Below, piece after piece: positions 13,035 to 20,000 of a stretch of 20,000 nt of DNA. Each line of letters begins with the position of its first letter. The stretch's first letter is position 1. Made by a program: the position numbers and the translations under genes. Origin of the DNA: an uncultured virus (IMG/VR IMGVR_UViG_3300021387_000129) (Duplodnaviria; Heunggongvirae; Uroviricota; Caudoviricetes); the IMG/VR virus record IMGVR_UViG_3300021387_000129; one strand, written 5' to 3'. The notes beneath the pieces are model-generated. The model was given only the letters and a program-made list of their open reading frames with translations, did no database searches and was not told the origin of the DNA.

Positions 13035-15755
13035 TTATCCTTTTTTTAGTTTGTAATAACCAGAACCATAGTTGTTTTTTACAATGACTTTGATTTTTGA
13101 TCCTGCAACGATATCACCTATTGATATGCTCCCGTATTCTTCAATTACTTCGATTATTCTGCCGTTAAACGTATCTGGGACATCGATGTATTTATTTACG
13201 GACGAATGCGCGTCGACCATCAAATAGATGTCATCGCCGACATAATACCACGCAACGGAAGGCAATTCGTTATCATACGTGATCAGCGGGCATCTGAATC
13301 CAACCATGCTCAAAGTGTCTTCGTCTGTTACGGGTTTGGGGGTTGCGGATGAATAAGAATAGAAAAACGGATGCATTTTGTGTGTTTCGTATATAAACCC
13401 GGCACTGTTGATGACTTTTCTCAGATCGTCAACTCCGTCAGCGTACTTGTTGTTGTACCCTATAACCATCCCGTTTCCCGCTGTGTTGCTGTTGGTATAC
13501 TGGTAGTAGCGAATTGGGGGTTTGTTTGCATCGCGCCATGTGCTCGGTGTCAGTTCTTGTCGTGCGCTTGGGATCGCGCCAACGCCATCGAAAGTCGTAC
13601 CGGGTACAGACCAGTAGTTAAACCCACCAGACGTGGATTGCACACCATGCGCAAACTCGAAATCCCCATCTCTGTTAAAGCCGATTGATTCGTATACCGT
13701 GATACTCCCGCGTTCACTACAATGAAGCACCAGATTCATAGTGAAAAAGCTGTCTGCGATGGCTTCGCTGAAATACGATGAGTTCGTGTTGTTTCCGACA
13801 TGGTTTTTTAGGTACGTTATCATCGCCGCTGAGGAGATGACATCGTACGAGTTCACGATATCAAAGTACGAGCTTCTGTACACCCCGTTTTCCGTTATCT
13901 CGTTTCCTTTGTCATCAAACACCTTTACGGTCTGGTGGTTGATGGCAGGTGTTATTTGTTGACCACGTTCGTACGAACTAAACGTCTTTGTAACACCATC
14001 CCTCGACATGCTATTTACTTCGATAGCAAGCCAATCAAGACCATTATGTGTGTTTACAGGGAAACCACCCCAAATGACGGTGTCGCTTACTATGCGGATG
14101 ATAACAAATTCTTTCCCGTCTATCAGCCATGTTTCGCCGATGTTGCTCTCTGTAAACCCGTGTGCTGATTCGAACGTTAGTTTGTAGCCATATGCGTTCC
14201 CGTGGTTACCACCAACGATTGTTCCGTTCATACGTACACCCGTCATATCGTCTGTGGCAGTTTTGAAGAGCGTTCCGGCTGTTACGTTGTCAGCACTTGT
14301 TTTCGGCAACGTGTAGTAGCTATCGAAGTTAAACACGTTGTCCGTTGTGTTTATAATAAACTTAATGGCTATATCGAGTTCAGAATCGAATCTGCTCCTG
14401 ACATGAAAATCTGTTCCGATTTTGTTTAATATAACATCTCCATTCGGTGTGATTTGCTCTATCCTCTTTTCGAGTTCGCTTATTTTTTTAGTGTTTGAAT
14501 TAATCTTTGATTGTAGAGTTGTCTCTCCATAAACCAATATCTCGCTTATAGGTATTCCAGACAGATCATCATGTACTCCGTAGTACTCGTCCGATGAGCT
14601 ATGAACGCTTCTGTTGGTGATATAGAAAACCACATACTCAACCCCGGAGTTATCTTTAATCTCTATTGAAAGGTCTTTATCATTACCGGAGAAGTTAACG
14701 TAATCTGTTGAACCGCCATGCCAAATGGCATTTGTCAAGCCATATGCTCTATACCCATTCGATGAATTATTTATATTAAAAGCAAAAAGCGGGTTTTTCG
14801 ATGCCCCGTAAAGAGCAACATCGCCAATGTAAAGCGTTTCTGTTTTTATGTTTATAGTTCTTCCTAACGCAGACACAGGGATATATCCGCTTAGTATACC
14901 ATTAGCGAACGACACAAACGATCCGTTACTATTCTGTATGATGTAATGATCCACAACGTAATCGCTTACATCTACTGTTCCCATATTGAAACTGTTTATA
15001 TTTTTTATTTTGGCCGTGTTTGCGGCAACATCTGTTTCAAGATGTCCGATTCTGTTTTCTGCGCCTAAAAGCCCTTTTTCTTTTGTTGCTATAGCCCAAT
15101 ACACTACGTCCTCATGTGTTAAAGCCGGGTGGGCAGAACCGTAGTATGCGTTAAAAGCAATTTTTGCGGCTGTCGGATATGCCGTTTTTATGCTCGATGA
15201 TACGACGGTAAGGCTTCGTGAAATAAATTCACCAAGAAATGTTCCAGACTCATTCCAACAAACAACGTTCCATATGGAGTAACCAGAAAAAGCATTTATA
15301 AGTTCATATGTTACATCTTCTTGAATATCTACGATGTCAGTGCAAGCCCAACCATCATCGGACCTAACCTGTCCTGTTGATTTGAGGTAATATTTGTTTG
15401 GTAGAAAATAACCTGTGCCGCCACCATATATATATAGTCCGTCCTTTTTATAAAAAGCGCTCTTTAAGTCACCAATCTCATCCTCAAAGCTCACTTCATC
15501 CCAATGCGCAGCCGTCCAGGATTCAGTTGTTTGAATATCCGTTTTTGCCACGTATGGTTTATCCGCATATAGACAATAAGTTCCAGCAGTAACAGGGAAA
15601 GTCAAATCCTCATATCTTGAGGCAATAATGACAGTATCACCACGATCACCCTTAGCACCTGGCGCTCCAGGATCACCCTGTCTTCCGGGCGGCCCAACAA
15701 TCGCAGGAATATCAATCCAATTCCCTTGACTATCCTTGACTCTCAATATATTCAT
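13035..15755 (-). CDS. large fibre / receptor-binding-like protein with collagen repeats
   Basis: GPPGRQGDPGAPGAKGDRGD, short carbohydrate-binding-like motif, coiled segments, beta-rich body; GGAGG RBS at MNILRV. Confidence 0.75.
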   Translation of the reverse strand: MNILRVKDSQGNWIDIPAIVGPPGRQGDPGAPGAKGDRGDTVIIASRYEDLTFPVTAGTYCLYADKPYVAKTDIQTTESWTAAHWDEVSFEDEIGDLKSAFYKKDGLYIYGGGTGYFLPNKYYLKSTGQVRSDDGWACTDIVDIQEDVTYELINAFSGYSIWNVVCWNESGTFLGEFISRSLTVVSSSIKTAYPTAAKIAFNAYYGSAHPALTHEDVVYWAIATKEKGLLGAENRIGHLETDVAANTAKIKNINSFNMGTVDVSDYVVDHYIIQNSNGSFVSFANGILSGYIPVSALGRTINIKTETLYIGDVALYGASKNPLFAFNINNSSNGYRAYGLTNAIWHGGSTDYVNFSGNDKDLSIEIKDNSGVEYVVFYITNRSVHSSSDEYYGVHDDLSGIPISEILVYGETTLQSKINSNTKKISELEKRIEQITPNGDVILNKIGTDFHVRSRFDSELDIAIKFIINTTDNVFNFDSYYTLPKTSADNVTAGTLFKTATDDMTGVRMNGTIVGGNHGNAYGYKLTFESAHGFTESNIGETWLIDGKEFVIIRIVSDTVIWGGFPVNTHNGLDWLAIEVNSMSRDGVTKTFSSYERGQQITPAINHQTVKVFDDKGNEITENGVYRSSYFDIVNSYDVISSAAMITYLKNHVGNNTNSSYFSEAIADSFFTMNLVLHCSERGSITVYESIGFNRDGDFEFAHGVQSTSGGFNYWSVPGTTFDGVGAIPSARQELTPSTWRDANKPPIRYYQYTNSNTAGNGMVIGYNNKYADGVDDLRKVINSAGFIYETHKMHPFFYSYSSATPKPVTDEDTLSMVGFRCPLITYDNELPSVAWYYVGDDIYLMVDAHSSVNKYIDVPDTFNGRIIEVIEEYGSISIGDIVAGSKIKVIVKNNYGSGYYKLKKG

Positions 15756-16126
15756 TTTATCCTCCAAAAGAAGCTGGGAATTTCAGATCCTGAATCCCAG
15801 CTATCATAATAATCACCATCAATGATTGCCACAGCATGACTTCCTGTTCCAATAATATATACCCCTCTGGGATACATCTTGGTAAACAGATCAATCGTCA
15901 CACATGTTGGGCAGTTATCAGGAAGGAGAAACGGTTCAAATCCCATTTGATAAAGATACTTGCCCCAGACTGCGTCCGCGACAGGAATATTGAACTCTTT
16001 TCGACCAAGAGCACACAGATCGTCATAAACATCGATCCATCTCCGGTTCAGAGCAATAGTAATAGCACGAATAACACAGTCTGGGACTTCTTTGTGAGCA
16101 GGGTTCGGGTTACATCTCATCCACAT
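15752..16126 (-). CDS. conserved phage protein, putative papain-like Cys-His-Asp hydrolase
   Basis: DCVIRAI...SHAVAIIDG..YYDSWDS. Confidence 0.6.
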   Translation of the reverse strand: MWMRCNPNPAHKEVPDCVIRAITIALNRRWIDVYDDLCALGRKEFNIPVADAVWGKYLYQMGFEPFLLPDNCPTCVTIDLFTKMYPRGVYIIGTGSHAVAIIDGDYYDSWDSGSEIPSFFWRIK

Positions 16127-16379
16127 GAGCTTCGTCGCTCCATGGTTCTTCGTAGCTCATAGCCCTTTCGCTGTCGCCAATTCCCTGAGTGGTAGGATCA
16201 ACCAGCACACCGATCAGACCTAAGAAGGTCAAGATTTGACTGGCAACCTTCATCATGGTGTTTTCAGTCACGATCGGAACCACGTCAAACAGCTCCAGCA
16301 TGCTGAATACAAATCCAATGATCAGCGACACGAACATCGTGAGCCAGGTTTTATTTTTGAACCGTACTTTCCAATTCAT
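16110..16379 (-). CDS. phage holin, phiLC3 family
   Basis: MNWKVRFKNKTW, two TMs, GVLVDPTTQGIGDSERAMSY signature. Confidence 0.9.
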   Translation of the reverse strand: MNWKVRFKNKTWLTMFVSLIIGFVFSMLELFDVVPIVTENTMMKVASQILTFLGLIGVLVDPTTQGIGDSERAMSYEEPWSDEAHVDEM

Positions 16380-16401
16380 GATATCTCTCCTTCCAAATCA
16401 T

Positions 16402-16432
16402 AAAAATAGGGGCCAGCACTATGCCAGCCCCT
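16402..16432 (-). terminator. GU-wobble terminator
   Basis: AGGGGC-TG-GCA-TAG-TGC-TG-GCCCCT plus T-tract. Confidence 0.75.
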
Positions 16433-16438
16433 TAGAAA

Positions 16439-16792
16439 TCACCAAGGCATTTCGGGCGGATACATACGCCTCATGGCTTCAGAATATCCCCTGGAATAAC
16501 CTTCATTGTAGCTGCGGCCACCTTCACGGCTCACATACTGGCCGGTGCTAGGGCTTCGACCGCGGCGCCCGGACATCCCACCATCATCACCAGACATGCC
16601 CTGGAACTCATACTCGCCTTCGCCCATTTCTTTCTCGATCTGCTCAATCCGCATCTGCTTCTCCAGTGCCATCGTCAGGCACTTGTACATTTCAGCATCC
16701 GCGGCAGTGAATTCGCTCTTGTTGGCGTATTGGGCATCAAGCTTCTCGAGCTCCTCCTTAGCAACCCGCTTCAGATTTTTCAGTTCCTTCAT
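16439..16792 (-). CDS. conserved phage hypothetical protein
   Basis: AAGGAGG RBS; SGRRGRSPSTGQYVSR motif. Confidence 0.8.
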   Translation of the reverse strand: MKELKNLKRVAKEELEKLDAQYANKSEFTAADAEMYKCLTMALEKQMRIEQIEKEMGEGEYEFQGMSGDDGGMSGRRGRSPSTGQYVSREGGRSYNEGYSRGYSEAMRRMYPPEMPW

Positions 16793-16806
16793 CTCAATGC
16801 CCTCCT

Positions 16807-17250
16807 TTACGCAACCCTGTTCACTTTAACGTTCAGGTTTCGAGTGATAATTGGAATATCCGCCGTAGCGTTAACTACTGCGACATCCGTGCAACACCCG
16901 ACCGGAACATCAATTGTGGTGTCACCGCTCACATGCCAGAACTCTTCCACCGCAGCAGGTGTAGCAACAGCAATGGTCAGCGGCCGAACAAATCCGTTCA
17001 CACTCAGGGCCAGCTGAATTTCTCCTACGGTCCCATCCGTGTCTACTGCAATGTTTCCACTAAAACTAACGCTGTACTGAGCGCGGGCATTGCAGCAAGG
17101 GTTACGCACAATTCCACGAAGCCGAAGATTAGGCGTCTGGTCATCATGCACGACATTCTGCGGACATTTGGTGCAGGGTCGTACATTTTCAAGAATTGCA
17201 GCTGCTCCGGGCTGGAGCGTCTGCGCTTGTACATATCCGTATTCTGCTGA
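16807..17250 (-). CDS. conserved beta-sandwich phage protein
   Basis: MSAEYG...YSVSFSGNIAV...GEIQLAL; AAAGGA RBS. Confidence 0.75.
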   Translation of the reverse strand, partial: SAEYGYVQAQTLQPGAAAILENVRPCTKCPQNVVHDDQTPNLRLRGIVRNPCCNARAQYSVSFSGNIAVDTDGTVGEIQLALSVNGFVRPLTIAVATPAAVEEFWHVSGDTTIDVPVGCCTDVAVVNATADIPIITRNLNVKVNRVA

Positions 17251-17287
17251 CATAACAGCACTTCCTTTCAAAATTGACTTTTAATGT

Positions 17288-17335
17288 CAAAGAAGGGGCA
17301 CGACATCCCCCATGAGATATGGAAATGCGGCCCCT
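17288..17335 (-). terminator. hairpin/terminator
   Basis: AGGGGC...GCCCCT TCTTT. Confidence 0.5.
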
Positions 17336-17348
17336 AAATGAATACTAA

Positions 17349-18110
17349 TTACCCAGCGTATCCACCGCAGCCGCCATAGCCGAAGCCATTAGCGCAGCAA
17401 TTGGGATTCTGCACTATGTAAGCAGGGCGCGGAACCGGAGCCAGATACTGCTCCAGTGCGGCTGTCTGAGCTTCGTTATTGGCGATAATCGCAGCACGAT
17501 CAGCAGTACGGGCAATGCCGTTGCGAAGGTCGAGGTTCTCAGCACGAACGGCATCAATTGTGTTCTGCATGCCGGCAATACGGTTCTCGTAATTCTGCTT
17601 GATGCCGTCGAGTTCGAGCTGGCACAGCTTATCCATCACAGCCTGGTGATTGGCATTGCAGTTGGCACGGGTGTTTGCCCCTTCCTGAGCGATGGCAGTC
17701 TGCAATCCGGCAGTAGCCAGTCGGTTCTCACAGCAGCAGTTCTGAAATGCGCTCTGCAGTGCAAAGTTCTGGTTCATCTCAGCCATCTGACGGCTATTCG
17801 CACCGATTTCAGCCTGAGCAAAACCATTGGCGATTGCCTGATTCACTCCCGCGAAGCCGTTGCACTGGGCAGTCGTGAGGTTGTTGATGCCATTCATCAC
17901 AGCATTCTGGTCGAAGCCCCTCTGAATATCCGCGTTCATAAAACCGCCGCCATTATTACCTCCGAATCCTCCGCCAAAGCCGTTGCCCCAGCCAAGAACC
18001 GCCAACAGGATAATGATCCACCAGGCACCGTTTCCTCCAAACATACCATCATTCATTCCACCGTACGCAGGCGCTACGGGCATATACATTCCATTGTTTT
18101 CACCAGTCAT
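17349..18110 (-). CDS. conserved Gly/Asn-rich coiled-coil phage protein with TM and CCC motif
   Basis: GGNGAWWIIILL...QNCCCENR; AGGAGG RBS. Confidence 0.85.
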   Translation of the reverse strand: MTGENNGMYMPVAPAYGGMNDGMFGGNGAWWIIILLAVLGWGNGFGGGFGGNNGGGFMNADIQRGFDQNAVMNGINNLTTAQCNGFAGVNQAIANGFAQAEIGANSRQMAEMNQNFALQSAFQNCCCENRLATAGLQTAIAQEGANTRANCNANHQAVMDKLCQLELDGIKQNYENRIAGMQNTIDAVRAENLDLRNGIARTADRAAIIANNEAQTAALEQYLAPVPRPAYIVQNPNCCANGFGYGGCGGYAG

Positions 18111-18279
18111 ACTATTTTCCTCCTAAAAATATAGCGGTCGTTTGAGTTAATGTAGCGATAAGTTATCTAAAGAAAGTTAGTAGCCCAATGGAACCACCTC
18201 CTTTCAATTTGATAAGGAAACCGTATAAATAACTTTTTCTGTTTTGATCGATCAAGAATAGAAGAAGTTACTTATCAGA

Positions 18280-18344
18280 AATAAAAAAGAAGAGAGAGGC
18301 ACATTCTGTATCCCTCTCTATAATAAGGCATGCTTTTATTGCGA
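18280..18344 (-). other. empty cassette: motif, hairpin, T-tract
   Basis: TCGCA ATAAA AGCA TGCCT TATTAT AG (18318-18344); stem AGAGAGG/CCTCTCT 18293-18319. Confidence 0.6.
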
Positions 18345-18377
18345 GTTTTTGTAACGATCATTATTTAGTTGAGCAAT

Positions 18378-20000
18378 TTAAGACGCATTAGTAACAGGAG
18401 ATATTTTTTCAGTGAACACGTAGAATGTTTTTTCTCCAATCATCAATGTGATTGTTATTTTTACAAAATTATCATATTCGGATGGTGCGATTGTTATCTT
18501 ATTATCTATCGCACCATATAAACTATATCCGGCATTAACCAAATTATTGCTTAAAGTTATTCGGAACATATCATAGTCGCTGTTTGTTCGTCTTCGATGC
18601 ACATACAGTGTCATCGGGCTGAAGGTATTGGTTCTGGATTTATTTATGTCTCTTAAAGTTATGGTTAATCCATTTCCATTTGAATACCCGAGAGCATCGA
18701 CCGAAAAGCTTCGTGGGAATAACTCATCAACGGTTTGATTAAAATTTGTCGAAGGATATCCTATTGTTATTCCATTATTTTTTTTCTGAGACAAAAATGA
18801 AGGACAAACCAACGTCTGATATTCATAATATGTAGATGGAAGCATTTGATGATTGTCCACTATCCAATTCCCTTGCATGAAAGGATCTCTACCAGACCCA
18901 ATAAATGGATTAAAAACATATGTCCTTGCATTGCTATTTGGAGAAATGCTATAGATTCTATCATAAGCATTATTAAAGTAATTTGTAAATCCGTCTCCTA
19001 TTGCTTCGAAATAGGTATGAAGTATATTCAGCGCATAGCAACCCGTTTTCATAACTAATGTATCATATGTCGATGCATAATTTATTATGGTACCGCCATA
19101 CGTTAACCCTAATCTAAATGATAGCGGGCCAGATTGTGTGGATAATTGATTTATTAAAAATATTCCTTCACTACGAGAAGATACAAGATTAACTCCACCG
19201 CCTATAGGAATAAATCCGATCCTTCCATCTTCATCATTTTTATAATCACTCGGACAATATGTGCCTCCTTCGAAATTAAAGATTGCTTTTGTTTTATCTT
19301 CTGCATCCAAAACGTAAGTTTCTTGTAATCGCTGATTTAATAAAACAAGTCGGTTCCGAAGGTTTTCTGTTTGATACAAACTATCGTCTACGTACATCTC
19401 GGCTTGGCCATAATTATTACTAAATAAGTCTTCTATAACTCCGTTTGAAAAATAAACTTGATCGATATTACCATTTATGTTTGATATTTCGACAGAAGTG
19501 TTGGATATATATTTCCCTTTACAGTGTAATTTATATCCGCACTGCGACGTGCTTAAAGAATTAAATCCTAGCCCAATATAACCAGTTCCTGAAGCATCCG
19601 TGCAAAGACCCCAAATGCGAGCATAATCTATTTGTATTTCATCAAAATGCGAATTACCGCAACTCGATAACCAAACACCAATATTGACAGATCTTGCGCA
19701 ATTAACACGTAGCTTTCCCGTAGTTGTTATTTTACTTCCGGCAAAGCCGATCATATATTCAAACGTATTGAGAGAGTATTTCCTTGTCGTGGCTAAAGTA
19801 GTATCATTAAAATGTAAAACGCACGGCCCAACAAAATCTATAGAATCAGAGATCATATAAGTTTTGTTAGCAAAATATATTTCTTTATTTCCTGATGATA
19901 TTAGTGCTTTAATAGCTTGTGTGTCATCAGTTGCGCCATCACCCTTAGCCCCGAACATTTCAGGAGTTACATAGTTGTTTTTAAGAGCAAGCAATGTTTC
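18378..20000 (-). CDS. tailspike/depolymerase-like beta-helix protein (pectate lyase 3-type N-terminal motif), probably 5'-truncated
   Basis: VTPEMFGAKGDGATDDTQAI motif; frame open to the window edge; visibly AT-rich. Confidence 0.75.
   Translation of the reverse strand, partial: ETLLALKNNYVTPEMFGAKGDGATDDTQAIKALISSGNKEIYFANKTYMISDSIDFVGPCVLHFNDTTLATTRKYSLNTFEYMIGFAGSKITTTGKLRVNCARSVNIGVWLSSCGNSHFDEIQIDYARIWGLCTDASGTGYIGLGFNSLSTSQCGYKLHCKGKYISNTSVEISNINGNIDQVYFSNGVIEDLFSNNYGQAEMYVDDSLYQTENLRNRLVLLNQRLQETYVLDAEDKTKAIFNFEGGTYCPSDYKNDEDGRIGFIPIGGGVNLVSSRSEGIFLINQLSTQSGPLSFRLGLTYGGTIINYASTYDTLVMKTGCYALNILHTYFEAIGDGFTNYFNNAYDRIYSISPNSNARTYVFNPFIGSGRDPFMQGNWIVDNHQMLPSTYYEYQTLVCPSFLSQKKNNGITIGYPSTNFNQTVDELFPRSFSVDALGYSNGNGLTITLRDINKSRTNTFSPMTLYVHRRRTNSDYDMFRITLSNNLVNAGYSLYGAIDNKITIAPSEYDNFVKITITLMIGEKTFYVFTEKISPVTNAS

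Larger units (their letters stand above)
10416..13036 (-). repeat. dispersed AAATAACRC repeat family (5 copies)
   Basis: 10416-10429, 10558-10571, 10920-10933, 12724-12737, 13023-13036; two are identical TAAATAACACTTTA. Confidence 0.6.

Overview
Continuous phage DNA from a temperate tailed phage, probably infecting Firmicutes/Clostridia (AAGGAGG RBSs, phiLC3-type holin). Nearly all genes are on the minus strand. Right part (~11-20 kb): a tailspike-like beta-helix gene, a conserved hypothetical cluster, a holin, and a 906-aa collagen-containing fibre-like protein. Middle: a cluster of tRNA-like non-coding RNAs, a tyrosine integrase and the 3' half of a tRNA-Thr(GGT), read as attP. Left (1-8.3 kb): about 20 small hypothetical genes. 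The most striking feature is that many small genes sit in self-contained units of the form TCGCA promoter-like motif (16 copies, fixed spacing) - cargo - GU-wobble terminator - T-tract - TCGC. Left and right end types co-vary. Deleting blocks between TCGC cores restores tightly coupled backbone genes, which suggests an integron-like cassette insertion system. Four tRNA-scaffold ncRNAs are also present, one showing an anti-Shine-Dalgarno loop complementary to a phage RBS, along with a second repeat family (AAATAACRC) bounding late-region modules. All structures and alignments were done by eye; no database searches were run.
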